Source: Ignavibacteriota bacterium (lineage in GTDB: Bacteria; Bacteroidota; Ignavibacteria; UBA10030). From it: a stretch of 64,000 nucleotides of DNA. Position numbers and translations under genes: made by a program. Where the stretch lies: contig CAVSHO010000008.1 of NCBI GenBank assembly GCA_963727825.1, forward strand, positions 32,001 to 96,000, in the 5' to 3' direction. Below are positions 20,860 to 30,922 of this stretch, piece by piece. The stretch's first letter is position 1; each line of letters starts with the position of its first letter. A model generated the notes under the pieces. The model saw only the letters and a list, made by a program, of their open reading frames with translations, did no database searches and was not told the DNA's origin.

Positions 20860-21837
20860 ATGCAAAGACTTGCTCGAATATCTGGACTTATAGTTACAAT
20901 AATTTTGCTGATGCAGACCAACTTGCCGGCACAGACAATAGATGAAGGTGTCTCGCTTGTCCAGCAGAAGAAATATGCAGAAGCAAAAACGGTGTTTGAA
21001 CAAATTCTGGATAAGAATAAGAATGACGCTGAAGCGCATTATCGTCTTGGTTTGGTATTCCTTAATCGAGGATTTAAAGACCGAGATGTTAATGAAGCAG
21101 TTGATCAGCTTGAAAAGGCAGTCGATCTAAATCCAAATAATGCTGACTATCAATTCAGATATGGAGCTGCTCTTGCAGAAAAGGCCCAAAATGCTGGAGT
21201 GATTAAACAAGCATTTCTTGCATCGAAAATAAAGAACGCATTTAAACGATCGGTGGAACTCAATCCTCAAAATGCTCGCTCGCGAATTGCTTTGGCGCAA
21301 TTTTACTTACAAGCTCCTTCCATTATGGGCGGTGATGATGCCGAAGGCTGGAAGCAATTAGATGAAGCTATAAAGTTGGATGAATTTCAGGGCAGGTCTA
21401 CGAAAGCATATTTTTTAGGGAGAGCAAAGAAAAATGATGAAGCTGAGAATGAACACAAAATGCTCATTAAATCGTATTCGGAGAATTGGCGTGTCTGGAA
21501 AAACTACGGTTACTTCTGCTTGAATATTGATCGTTGCGATGATGCTGTAAAATACCTGCAGAAGTACGTGGTGATGCGGCCCGATACAGCAGATTCTTAT
21601 CAAAGTCTCGCAGAAGCTTTATTGAAAAAGGGAAATATTGATCTGGCAATGTCGAACCTTGATAAATCCTTAAGTATCGATAAAGAATATGTTCCAGCAA
21701 TTATCTCCTTGGGCGAAGCATATCAGGCAAAGGGACAAAAAAAGGAAGCAAAAGAAACATATCAGCGAGCAATTACGACGACGCAGAACGAATATTTTAG
21801 AAAACAAGCAGAAGAAAAATTAAAAGAAGTAGAGTAA
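20860..21837 (+). CDS. Exported tetratricopeptide-repeat protein
   Basis: Signal peptide; multiple TPR motifs ([26 protein letters not shown]). Confidence 0.85.
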   Translation: MQRLARISGLIVTIILLMQTNLPAQTIDEGVSLVQQKKYAEAKTVFEQILDKNKNDAEAHYRLGLVFLNRGFKDRDVNEAVDQLEKAVDLNPNNADYQFRYGAALAEKAQNAGVIKQAFLASKIKNAFKRSVELNPQNARSRIALAQFYLQAPSIMGGDDAEGWKQLDEAIKLDEFQGRSTKAYFLGRAKKNDEAENEHKMLIKSYSENWRVWKNYGYFCLNIDRCDDAVKYLQKYVVMRPDTADSYQSLAEALLKKGNIDLAMSNLDKSLSIDKEYVPAIISLGEAYQAKGQKKEAKETYQRAITTTQNEYFRKQAEEKLKEVE

Positions 21838-21853
21838 CAGGAAGGAAACCGGA

Positions 21854-22579
21854 ATGTCAAGTATTATTCAGCTCACGAACATCACAAAGTTTTATCAAGT
21901 AGGCGAAGAAAAAGTTCATGCCTTAGATGGTGTCTCAATCCAGATTCAGAAAAACGAATATGTGGCAATTATGGGCCCGTCAGGTTCCGGTAAATCAACT
22001 TTGATGAATATTATTGGTTGTTTAGACACGCCAACCTCCGGTTTGTATGAACTGAACAGTACGAATGTCAGCGACATGAACGATAATCAGCTTGCAAAGA
22101 TCCGGAACAAGGAAATTGGATTTATCTTTCAGACATTTAATCTGCTTGCCAGATCGGATGTTCTCCACAATGTTGAACTCCCGCTTATTTATGGCGGAGT
22201 CGGATCGATGGAGCGGAAGAAATTAGCACGCGCAGCAATTGATCGTGTAGGATTAACGGATCGAATCCATCACAAACCAAATGAACTTTCCGGCGGACAA
22301 CGACAGCGTGTTTCCATAGCGCGCGCGCTCGTTACACAGCCATCCATTTTACTTGCAGATGAACCAACCGGAAACCTTGATACAAAAACCGGCGATGAAA
22401 TTATGATGCTATTCGATGCACTGCATAAGGAAGGCAATACGATCGTCCTCGTAACCCATGAAGAGGATATTGCGTTACATGCACATCGTCGGATTCGTCT
22501 CCGTGACGGCAAGATGGAAGTTGACGAGCCAATCAAGAATCGAAAAGTCTTAACTCATCCGACGGCAGTCATGGTATAA
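21854..22579 (+). CDS. ABC transporter ATP-binding protein, MacB/LolD type
   Basis: [27 protein letters not shown] and VTHE motifs. Confidence 0.95.
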   Translation: MSSIIQLTNITKFYQVGEEKVHALDGVSIQIQKNEYVAIMGPSGSGKSTLMNIIGCLDTPTSGLYELNSTNVSDMNDNQLAKIRNKEIGFIFQTFNLLARSDVLHNVELPLIYGGVGSMERKKLARAAIDRVGLTDRIHHKPNELSGGQRQRVSIARALVTQPSILLADEPTGNLDTKTGDEIMMLFDALHKEGNTIVLVTHEEDIALHAHRRIRLRDGKMEVDEPIKNRKVLTHPTAVMV

Positions 22580-22580
22580 C

Positions 22581-23813
22581 ATGAAATTTATTTTTGATGA
22601 ATTCAAAGAAGGAATGGCGATAGCATTTGCCGCCATCCGTGCCAACAAAATGCGTTCTGTGCTAACGACGCTGGGTATTATTATCGGTATTGTTTCTGTA
22701 ACGCTCATGGGAGCAGCGATTGAAGGACTGGATCGCGCCTTCAATAAAAGTATAGCGACTCTCGGTTCTGATGTGTTATATGTACAGAAACGATCATGGA
22801 CCGACAATGGACAAGATTGGTGGAAAACAAAAAATCGGCGGAACATACGCATTAAGCAAGCAAAGGATATTGAAAAGTATTCAGAAAGTGCGCAAGCGGT
22901 AAATCCTGCATCGGGAGCAACGCGGGATGTCAAATATGGGCAAAAATTTATTGAGAACGTCACTGTTGTTGGTACCGGAGCTTACTGGCTTGAGACAAAT
23001 GGAGCAACTATTGCTTTCGGCAGATTTTTTACCCCAATGGAAGCGGATGGAGGCCGGCCGGTGTGTGCCATCGGTTCTGAAGTAGCTGCGAATTTATTTC
23101 CAAATGAAAATCCAATTGGAAAAATTATCAGGGTCGGTGGGTATGCATACCAAGTATTAGGTGTATTTGATAAACAAGGCAATTTTCTTGGAGCACAAAG
23201 TCTTGATAATAGAGTTTATGTTCCGATCAATAGGTTCTTTCAAGAATTTATGTCGAAGAGAAGTGATCTACAGGTTATGGTGAAAGCAAAATCTGTGGAA
23301 GAATTGGATAATACGAAAGAAGAAATCCGGGGTATCATGCGTAAATCACGTGGCCTCAAACCGAAAGACGAGGATGATTTTGCAATTAACCAGCAAGAGA
23401 CGATCATCCAGACGTTTAATACAATTGGTGGTGTTATCGCAGCCGTAGGTTTATTTATCACAGGGATGTCGCTCTTCGTTGGTGGTATTGGAATTATGAA
23501 TATCATGTTTGTATCGGTAACTGAACGCACAAGAGAAATCGGTATCCGCAAAGCAATAGGAGCGCCTCGGCGTACTATTCTTATGCAATTCCTGATGGAA
23601 TCTGCGGCGTTATGTCTCATAGGCGGGATCATCGGTATCATTATTGCCTTTCCGTTAAGTTTGATCATTGATACATTTCTTCCAACAGCTATGCCATTGA
23701 GTGTAGTATTCATTGCCCTGCTTGTTTCGATTATTGTTGGAGTCGTTTCTGGGTTTTTACCGGCGTACCGGGCATCGCGTCTCGATCCAGTCGATGCACT
23801 TAGATATGAATAG
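22581..23813 (+). CDS. ABC transporter permease (MacB/FtsX type)
   Basis: RSVLTTLGIIIG; VGGIGIMNIM.VSVTERTREIGIRKAIGA; DPVDALRYE. Confidence 0.94.
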   Translation: MKFIFDEFKEGMAIAFAAIRANKMRSVLTTLGIIIGIVSVTLMGAAIEGLDRAFNKSIATLGSDVLYVQKRSWTDNGQDWWKTKNRRNIRIKQAKDIEKYSESAQAVNPASGATRDVKYGQKFIENVTVVGTGAYWLETNGATIAFGRFFTPMEADGGRPVCAIGSEVAANLFPNENPIGKIIRVGGYAYQVLGVFDKQGNFLGAQSLDNRVYVPINRFFQEFMSKRSDLQVMVKAKSVEELDNTKEEIRGIMRKSRGLKPKDEDDFAINQQETIIQTFNTIGGVIAAVGLFITGMSLFVGGIGIMNIMFVSVTERTREIGIRKAIGAPRRTILMQFLMESAALCLIGGIIGIIIAFPLSLIIDTFLPTAMPLSVVFIALLVSIIVGVVSGFLPAYRASRLDPVDALRYE

Positions 23814-23855
23814 AGGGAACTTTTTCCTTTAAACTTTTTACTTGTGACTTGACTT

Positions 23856-25079
23856 ATGGAATTTTCTGAAATATTTAAAATGTCTCTTACTGCAATCCGC
23901 TCCAATAAACTTCGCTCGGTGTTGACCCTGCTGGGTATTATTGTCGGAGTTTTTTCCATTATTGGAGTAATGACAGCTGTTCAGGTACTTCAGAACAGTA
24001 TTGAAAATGGTTTAAGCGGGCTTGGAGCCAATACGTTTCAGGTTCAGAAGCAGCCGGTTATGGCAAATCATGCTCAATGGCTTAAAGCAATGAAAAGAAA
24101 AGATATACGCTATGAACAAGGATTGATCGTTAAGGAAAAGATGACACTTGCTCAATCTGTTGCTCTAGAATCCTGGAAAGATGCACAGACAATTCAATTT
24201 GGATCTCTGAAGACAAATCCAAATGTTCAAGTTGGTGGAGAAGAGCCAGAAGGTATCTCTACGAACAACTGGACAATTCAAGAAGGGCGAAGTATTAATG
24301 AAGATGATATTCGCTATGGCTCCTTTGTTACAATTATTGCTCAGGATGTTGTAAAAAAAATCTTTCCTCATGGTGGAGCTGTGGGAAGTGAGATTCGTAT
24401 CGGCGATGACCGATATCGTGTGATTGGAACATTTGATCTAAATGGATCAAGCTTGGGGGGAAGCAATGATAACTATGCCGTAATACCATTGAGCACTTTT
24501 CTGAATTCATATGGGAAGCTTCGCAGCATGCATATTATGATCAAAGCGAAAAATGCAGAAGTGTATGATGATTGTGTTGAGGAAGCGCGTATGATTCTTC
24601 GGACAATACGTAATGTAGCCCCGGGTGATGAAGATGATTTTACAATCTTCTCTAATGATTCACTCATAGCAACCTTTAATGACTTTACACTTTACGTTAA
24701 ACTCGGCGTTGGATTTATGAGTTTCATCGCGTTGATAGCTGCCGGTATCGGTATTATGAATATAATGCTTGTATCTGTAACCGAACGCACGAGAGAAATT
24801 GGCATTCGGAAAGCATTAGGTGCTCGCAAGTCAAATATCCTGTCACAATTTATCACTGAAGCTGTTGTATTGTGTGAAATCGGCGGTCTCATTGGCGTCG
24901 CGCTTGGCGTACTTGGAGGTAACTTAGCTGCTCTTGCGTTTAGTTTCCCGCCTGTATTTCCGATTGATTGGGCATTAATTGGAATTGCAATCACTACATT
25001 TGTCGGAGTAGTGTTCGGTGTCTATCCTGCATGGAAAGCTGCAAATCTTGATCCTATCGAATCTCTTCGATATGAGTAA
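23856..25079 (+). CDS. ABC transporter permease (MacB/FtsX type), second paralog
   Basis: Same signature motifs; ends DPIESLRYE. Confidence 0.94.
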   Translation: MEFSEIFKMSLTAIRSNKLRSVLTLLGIIVGVFSIIGVMTAVQVLQNSIENGLSGLGANTFQVQKQPVMANHAQWLKAMKRKDIRYEQGLIVKEKMTLAQSVALESWKDAQTIQFGSLKTNPNVQVGGEEPEGISTNNWTIQEGRSINEDDIRYGSFVTIIAQDVVKKIFPHGGAVGSEIRIGDDRYRVIGTFDLNGSSLGGSNDNYAVIPLSTFLNSYGKLRSMHIMIKAKNAEVYDDCVEEARMILRTIRNVAPGDEDDFTIFSNDSLIATFNDFTLYVKLGVGFMSFIALIAAGIGIMNIMLVSVTERTREIGIRKALGARKSNILSQFITEAVVLCEIGGLIGVALGVLGGNLAALAFSFPPVFPIDWALIGIAITTFVGVVFGVYPAWKAANLDPIESLRYE

Positions 25080-25080
25080 C

Positions 25081-25114
25081 AAAAAAGCCGGTGAAATGTG
25101 AACCGGCTTTTTTT
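25081..25114 (+). terminator. Intrinsic (bidirectional) terminator
   Basis: aaaaaagccggt-N9-accggcttttttt. Confidence 0.8.
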
Positions 25115-25234
25115 ATTTCTTTAGTTCTCACCGACATTACTTGTCTCTTTTTCAGGTAAAGAATAGCATATTTTGAATTATATCCCAATTTATTGTATTA
25201 TGGTGCAAATATTATAACTATGATTGAGGTGCCT

Positions 25235-25747
25235 ATGAAAAAAATTATCAATTTAAGAATGCTTTGCATGATGTTCATTGCGAGCATCATGTCCATCTCC
25301 CTTCAGGCACAATCCAAATCAGGAGCCGCCGTCAAGAATGACTCGATAAAGTACACAATTGAAAACTGCATCAACAAATTTTCAATAGATAAAATTGAAA
25401 AAACAAATGTCGGATACCAATACTGGTTCGCCGATCCAAATTTTGCAGACGGGAAAACTATAAAGATGAGTGTAGTCGCTCCCCATTCAGCGACGCACCC
25501 GCCGCATGTCCATGAGGAAGACGAGTTTTTCTTTATCCTTGAAGGAAAGGCCGAATTGTATTTAAAAGGGAAATGGACGCCAGCTGAACCGTACACAAGT
25601 TTTTACTGCCCCTCTAATGTTGAGCATGGCATTCGCAATGCAGGCGATACCGAATTAAAATATTTGGTGATAAAACAGTACCAAAAAGATAATCCGGTGC
25701 GGGTTGAGTTTTCTAAGAAACAAGGGAATGTAAAAAGCGGGAAGTAA
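25235..25747 (+). CDS. Exported cupin-2 domain protein
   Basis: Signal peptide; HPPHVHEEDEFFFILEG and P.NVEHGIRN.GD cupin motifs. Confidence 0.85.
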   Translation: MKKIINLRMLCMMFIASIMSISLQAQSKSGAAVKNDSIKYTIENCINKFSIDKIEKTNVGYQYWFADPNFADGKTIKMSVVAPHSATHPPHVHEEDEFFFILEGKAELYLKGKWTPAEPYTSFYCPSNVEHGIRNAGDTELKYLVIKQYQKDNPVRVEFSKKQGNVKSGK

Positions 25748-25752
25748 ATATC

Positions 25753-25828
25753 ATCTCGTTCCCAACATCCCCGCCACAAAGAATGTCGGGCAAGCTGTTG
25801 GGAACGGAAGGAGTTGAAGCTCTGCTTC
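25753..25828. repeat. REPIN arm (CTCGTTCCCAA..TTGGGAACG family), left copy
   Basis: 73/76 identity to the reverse complement of 29631-29706. Confidence 0.85.
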
Positions 25829-25843
25829 AGAACTAAGGATCAA

Positions 25844-25871
25844 AAGTTGTGAGGGAGATGCTCTCCCGAAC
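25844..25871. repeat. REP 5' of RAYT (GGGAG..CTCCCGA type)
   Basis: aagttgtgagggagatgctctcccgaac; inverse copy at 26439-26465. Confidence 0.75.
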
Positions 25872-25893
25872 TAAAACATTTTACTATTAAACC

Positions 25894-26433
25894 ATGAGCC
25901 AATGGAAAATAATACTTGGTGTCAATTATTATTTTATCACAACTACTGTTGTTGAATGGCAGAGCGTGTTTGTTGCTATTCCATTGTTTGAAATAATCAT
26001 TGAAAGTCTGAAGTTTTGTCAAACTCATAAAGATTTACATCTACATGGCTATGTTATCATGCCCAATCATGCTCATTATATTGTTTCCACCAATCCGCCT
26101 GAGAAGTTATCTAATATTATGAGAGATTTCAATAGATTCACATCACAACAGATTACCGAAATCTTGGAAGAAATGCGAAGGTATGAATTACTGGAGGTTT
26201 TTCATCAAGCTGCGAAAGACGAACGCCGTAGCAATCGATATAAAGTGTGGCAAGATGGATTCCATCCCATCGCAATTGATACAGGAGATTTCTTTCAACA
26301 GAAGTTAGACTCCCTGCATGATAATCCTGTGCGCAAAGGATTTGTTGAAAAGCCATAACATTGGGTGTACTCGAGTATAAGGAATTATCTTTTAGATGAT
26401 CATTCGGTGATTACTATTGAATGTTTAGTGTGA
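25894..26433 (+). pseudogene. REP-associated tyrosine transposase (RAYT, Y1/HUH), inactivated
   Basis: YFITTT, GYVIMPNHAH (HUH), IMRDFNRFTS, WQDGFHP, LDSLHDNPVRKG; in-frame TAA at 26356-26358 followed by HWVYSS..*. Confidence 0.88.
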
Positions 26434-26438
26434 GTGGT

Positions 26439-26520
26439 GTCGGGAGTATAACTCCCTCCCAACTTGGAATTCGTATACCACGGTGTCTATCAATGTTCCA
26501 AGCAGAGCATAGGAACGAGA
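26439..26520. repeat. REP and REPIN arm 3' of RAYT
   Basis: gtcgggagtataactccctcccaactt, then ttccaagcagagcataggaacgaga (inverse of the ctcgttcc.. arm). Confidence 0.7.
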
Positions 26521-26607
26521 AATAAAAGATAACCGGTGCGAATCGCATTTCCCAGAACTCAGAAATCGGGACTATATAATCCTGCCGTTATTTAATATTG
26601 GTCGCTA

Positions 26608-26641
26608 ATAAAAAACCACCAAAAGAACGGTGGTTTTTTAT
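26608..26641. terminator. Bidirectional intrinsic terminator
   Basis: ataaaaaaccacc-N8-ggtggttttttat. Confidence 0.75.
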
Positions 26642-26665
26642 CGTGAACTAGATATTTTATTCACT

Positions 26666-26995
26666 TTATATTTTTTCTACAACGACAGCTGTTCCGTATG
26701 CCAGTACTTCTGTAACTCCTGCGGCAATTTCAGTTGCGTCATATCGAAAAGCAAGCACAGCATTACCGCTAAGTTGTTCTGCATGTTGAATCATAAGCTC
26801 GTATGCATCACGGCGGGTTTGTTCGCATAGTTGAGAGTAGAGACTGATGTTGCCGCCAAAGAGAATCTGAAATCCAGCCCCGATGTTGCCGAAGAGCGAG
26901 CGCGATCTGACAATAATACCGCGTACCACGCCAAGGTTTTTTATAACGCGATATCCGTCAAGTTGGATATTCGTTGTAACGAGTTTGTGATCCAT
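26666..26995 (-). CDS. YbjQ/UPF0145 family protein
   Basis: VTTN..GY.VIKNLGVVRG..VRSR..GGN..Y..EVLAYGTAV. Confidence 0.92.
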   Translation of the reverse strand: MDHKLVTTNIQLDGYRVIKNLGVVRGIIVRSRSLFGNIGAGFQILFGGNISLYSQLCEQTRRDAYELMIQHAEQLSGNAVLAFRYDATEIAAGVTEVLAYGTAVVVEKI

Positions 26996-27038
26996 ATTGT
27001 TATCCCTTCGTTAGATATTGAGAAGCTTCTGTGACCTA

Positions 27039-27137
27039 GCTGGAAGGGAGTTCCAACTCCCGACCTTTACCTGTTTTGCATTCCAGTTCGGGAGAACATT
27101 TACCCGCCATTGGTGTGGCGGGTCTCCCTCACAACTT
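27039..27137. repeat. Inverted REP pair of the RAYT-flanking type; the second copy carries a palindromic insert
   Basis: gggagttccaactcccgac and gttcgggagaacat[ttacccgccattggtgtggcgggt]ctccctcacaactt. Confidence 0.8.
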
Positions 27138-27216
27138 GGGTAGTTAATGAAATTATAAAATTAGAGCCTCAGATTACAAATCTAATTTTGCTCCTGCAAT
27201 TTATAAACTCACAAAT

Positions 27217-28441
27217 TCATTTAACTAATTGTCTCACCGTTTCATAATATTGTTGAACCTGTCGTTGGTATTCTTCGCCTGTGCCGGGACCGTTGAAACC
27301 AACATGAATCTTTCTCACAACACCTTTCTTATCCACAAAGATTGTTGTCGGGTAGGCATAAAAGTTATTTAATTGAGAGCGCAGTCTCAGTTCAACGTTT
27401 ACATCGTTTGTACTTCCGCAGAATAGTACTGGATAAGTAATGCCATATCGTTTTTGGAAAAGCGTAAGATTCTTCTTTGCTACTTCTGAATTGTTACTAA
27501 TCTCAAACGCAAGTCCAACTACTTCCAATCCATCTTTTCCGAATTCAGAGTATATCTGTTCAAGAAACGGTGCGGCATCCATGCAGTTATGGCACCAAGT
27601 TCCCATAACATCGATTAAAAGCGCTTTGTCTTTGAATAAGTTATCCTTACTGCTCACAACTTTACCGGTCGATGTCATCATTCCATAAAATGAGTATGGC
27701 GCTTTCGGATTCTTCATCGTTGTTATGAATTCTGATTTTAATTCTGACGTTGGCTCCGATTGTGGAACGAGCCTAAATGCCATCGGTTTGCCGCTTCTTG
27801 CATACAAACTGCCATTCCAATTTGTGCCTTGTCGCTCCAGTTCCATAATAAATGCCTGCCATCCGGTGAAGCGAGTCAACGTCGCCTTGGAACCGACCTG
27901 TATGCCGGCAAGCAAACCATAGTCTCCGTCCGGCGCAATAAGTGTTCCGAAAACACTATCGTTCTTCATCCAAAAATTTGCTGTGGTAGCACTATCGATT
28001 CCATTTGCGTTTGAAATATATGCTTGATATTTGCCAACGAGCGGAAGTGAGATTGAAATTGCGGATGCATTGTTTTCTTTAACCATTTCCTTTTGTGTTG
28101 ACACAAATTCGTTCCAACTTGTATCTGCGCGATAGCGGAAGAACTTGCCGCGCCATTCCTTGCCATCCCAAATTCCGCACATTGCTGCACCGTATTCAGA
28201 AGAAGATAAACGAGAGCGAATCGCCATAGAATCGAATTTCAGGAATCGAAGTTTGTTCTGTGCCGTTCAAAAAGTAACCGGCAGGTGCAGCGGAATTCAA
28301 ATCAAGAAAAAGCCGGAAAGGAATCTGCTTATTCTCTCCGATCATGATGGCGCCGGTCCACATTCCTTTTTGTGGAATATTTTTTTGACATCCCAGGAGA
28401 ATGAAAATACATGCAATGAAAAGAAATCGTTTGGTATTCAT
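27217..28441 (-). pseudogene. TlpA-family thiol-disulfide oxidoreductase lipoprotein, 1-nt frameshift near 28200 (probable sequencing error)
   Basis: Lipobox LLGC; removing one base joins GDSLSFIF to SEYGAAM; C-terminal GTWCHNC and YPTTIFVDKKG. Confidence 0.82.
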
Positions 28442-28454
28442 AATTAAATTAGCC

Positions 28455-28616
28455 GATGTTACGTAAAGCCGGCGTATATGCTTATAAACATGGAATGTAA
28501 AAGTACACCACCCCTTAATCCCCTCCTCGTTTGAGGAGGGGAAATCCCGACACGATGCGAAATCGGGTCGGGAAGGGGAGGTGGACAACTTTAAAGAATA
28601 TGCGGTGCGTATTATC
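28455..28616. mobile_element. MITE-like element, copy 1 (degenerate ends)
   Basis: Aligns with 32200-32393; internal cccctcctc..gaggagggg and tcccgac..gtcggga palindromes. Confidence 0.65.
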
Positions 28617-28618
28617 AT

Positions 28619-29122
28619 TTAAATAATTCCCGGATGTTTCCCGCCACCGGCTACCGACAAACATAGAATAATGATAATGAGAATGAATTGAACGAAATAA
28701 AAAGTCGTGATGCTTTTACTCAAGATTATGAAAGTACTCTCTACGTCTTCGATTGTTGTTTTCTCTGTGATGCCTTGCATTAATTTTGTTCGGCGGCGGA
28801 AAAGAATTGGACCAAAGACGGCTCCGTTTATCAATAGAAAGGCGAAGAGAATAATCTTTGCCATTAGCCAACCTTCGGTGTACCAGAGATTAATATTGCC
28901 TTCGTAAAGGTTAAAGATGTTCACGATGCCGGTAAGCAGCATAATGACGCAGGCGATAGGTGAAAGCAAGCTGAAGCGGCTGTTGATTTTTCCAACGTAA
29001 AGTTTTTGATTCCAATTCTTCTCAGTGCGGATTCTTCTCTCAATAATCCACCCACCAAGAAGTGCTGTGAAGACCAACCCGAAACCAATGAGGTGAAAAA
29101 TAAAATTAATAGAACCTCTCAT
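28619..29122 (-). CDS. Hypothetical 4-TM membrane protein
   Basis: Four hydrophobic helices; His in TM1; MLLTG and WLMAK motifs reminiscent of the DUF2269/CopD-like fold; GGAGG SD. Confidence 0.7.
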   Translation of the reverse strand: MRGSINFIFHLIGFGLVFTALLGGWIIERRIRTEKNWNQKLYVGKINSRFSLLSPIACVIMLLTGIVNIFNLYEGNINLWYTEGWLMAKIILFAFLLINGAVFGPILFRRRTKLMQGITEKTTIEDVESTFIILSKSITTFYFVQFILIIIILCLSVAGGGKHPGII

Positions 29123-29235
29123 GCCGGCCTCCACGAAAAAACAATTTAAATGCTTGCAATTGTTAACCGCAAGATAAGAAAATGATTTGATAAAAAGGAA
29201 ATGCAACCAAGAAACCTTTTGTTAGAAGAATTATT

Positions 29236-29706
29236 CTCGCTCCCAAGCTCGCTTGCCCGCCATTTTTTGCCAAAGGCATCACTTCGTGATTGGTGGGGCT
29301 TGGGAGCGCTGATTGGAAGCTCCGGTTCCATAATATGAGAGGTATTTAATGCAACAATGTATTTCTTAGGTCTGTCATCAGTAAACTCCTTCAGTTCCCA
29401 AACTCAGTTTGGGAATGAAGTATTTCGGGGAAAACCGATTCGAAAGCAAGAACCACCCGAAGAAAACTATTTACGTATCCAACTTTAGAACCTTCCGAAG
29501 GTCTCAGCGGATCTAGTTTGACCTTCGGAAGGTAACCTTGTATTCCTCGTTCCCGAGCTCCTTTATCCGCCATTTGGTGGGCGGGGCTTGGGAACGCCAC
29601 TTCTGAAAGCTCCGCTTTCTTCCTTGTTACGAAGCAGAGCTTCAACCACTTCCGTTCCCAACAACTTGCCCGACATTCTTTGTGGCGGGGATGTTGGGAA
29701 CGAGAT
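29236..29706. repeat. BIME/REPIN cluster of several palindrome families
   Basis: ctcgctcccaagc..gcttgggagcg; ttcccaaac..gtttgggaa; accttccgaaggt..accttcggaaggt; complete ctcgttccc..gggaacgag REPIN at 29546-29704. Confidence 0.8.
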
Positions 29707-29714
29707 ATTAGAAA

Positions 29715-30296
29715 TCATCTAATCCATTTTATGTTGTTTGATTGTGATCTAAAGCGTGCTTTCCATTCGTCTGCCGTCATACCATAAACGAACAAATCAA
29801 CATAATGGTCGTATAAAAACTCTGCTTGTCTTATGGTTCCTTCTTTGATGAAACCGAGGCGCTCAATTATAGCATTACTTTTCTTATTACCGGTAGCACA
29901 TCGAATTTGAACACGGTTGAGTTGGTATTCGTAGAAAGCGTAATCCACAAGAGCGCGGCATGCTTTAGTCATAATCCCGTGACCTTGAAATTCTTCGCCA
30001 AGCCAGTACCCGATTTCAACATTCCTGTTCATCCAATCGATACCATGAAATCCGATGATGCCTGCAAATGCACCACGAAACCAAATACTGCATTGAAAGC
30101 CAAAATTCAATTTAAGTTGTTCTTGAGTTGAAAGGATGAATTGCTTGCTGTTTTCGAGTTTTGTATTTGTATCTACCCACGGTAGCCACTGACGTAAGTA
30201 TAATCGATTGCTATCGACCAAAGCGAATAGTAAATCAGCATTTTCTGGCTCAAGAATCTTCAAAACAATTTCGTCATCAATGCGGAGGGAAGGCAT
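29715..30296 (-). CDS. RimL/RimJ-family GNAT N-acetyltransferase
   Basis: YLRQWLPWV, EIGYWLGE.FQGHGIMT, N.KS.AI.ERLGF..EG motifs. Confidence 0.9.
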   Translation of the reverse strand: MPSLRIDDEIVLKILEPENADLLFALVDSNRLYLRQWLPWVDTNTKLENSKQFILSTQEQLKLNFGFQCSIWFRGAFAGIIGFHGIDWMNRNVEIGYWLGEEFQGHGIMTKACRALVDYAFYEYQLNRVQIRCATGNKKSNAIIERLGFIKEGTIRQAEFLYDHYVDLFVYGMTADEWKARFRSQSNNIKWIR

Positions 30297-30432
30297 GTTC
30301 AATTAGAATTAATAGAAACTACTCAGCATTTCTATTTAATTAGAATAATTCCCTCTCCTGATAGGGGAGGAGATTAAATGACTGAAAATATCGCAATAAA
30401 AAACATGCTAATCAGTTAAGATAAATATCATA

Positions 30433-30909
30433 TTAATTATTTGGTTTATCAGGTTGCTTTTTGAAGAATTGATAGATATTGATGCCTTGATCTCGGACAA
30501 ATAACAGCCACACGCTTAAGACAATCAATCCGCAATTCTCTAAAATTTTTTGATAACCAATTCTACTGGCATTCGGATCTTGAGTGAAACATCCGCATGA
30601 TATATCAAGTCCGCGCATAAGAGCGGAAGCGACGAGGATGGTAAAACCAACAAGCATTATGGTGATGAGCAATGTGCTTCCGCGTGGATAGATGCCTATA
30701 ATTAAACTCATGCCGCAGAGAAGTTCCAACGATGGAAGAATTGTGGCTATACACATTGCTAGCGTAGGTCCGATGACCCTGTATTGAAGTACAGAATTTG
30801 CGAATGCTTGCGAATCCGTAATCTTATCTAAACCAGCGACGACGAATAATCCGCCGAGAAAAATTCGGACGAGGAGAATAAGAATTTTATTTGAGAGAAG
30901 CGATTTCAT
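30433..30909 (-). CDS. MauE/DoxX-family membrane protein
   Basis: RIFLGGLF..AG.DKI, LPSLEL, GLDISCGCF motifs. Confidence 0.88.
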   Translation of the reverse strand: MKSLLSNKILILLVRIFLGGLFVVAGLDKITDSQAFANSVLQYRVIGPTLAMCIATILPSLELLCGMSLIIGIYPRGSTLLITIMLVGFTILVASALMRGLDISCGCFTQDPNASRIGYQKILENCGLIVLSVWLLFVRDQGINIYQFFKKQPDKPNN

Positions 30910-30922
30910 TTTGTATTCTTTT

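Noticed and set aside
26356-26358. Alternative genetic code at the RAYT TAA
   Set aside because: TAA is the normal stop for most genes in the window; this is a nonsense mutation.
28442-28618. Long N-terminal extension of the TlpA ORF
   Set aside because: It is read through the MITE-like element; the lipoprotein signal begins at 28441.
29391-29645. 84-aa minus-strand ORF
   Set aside because: Lies wholly within the REP/REPIN cluster and has no protein motif.
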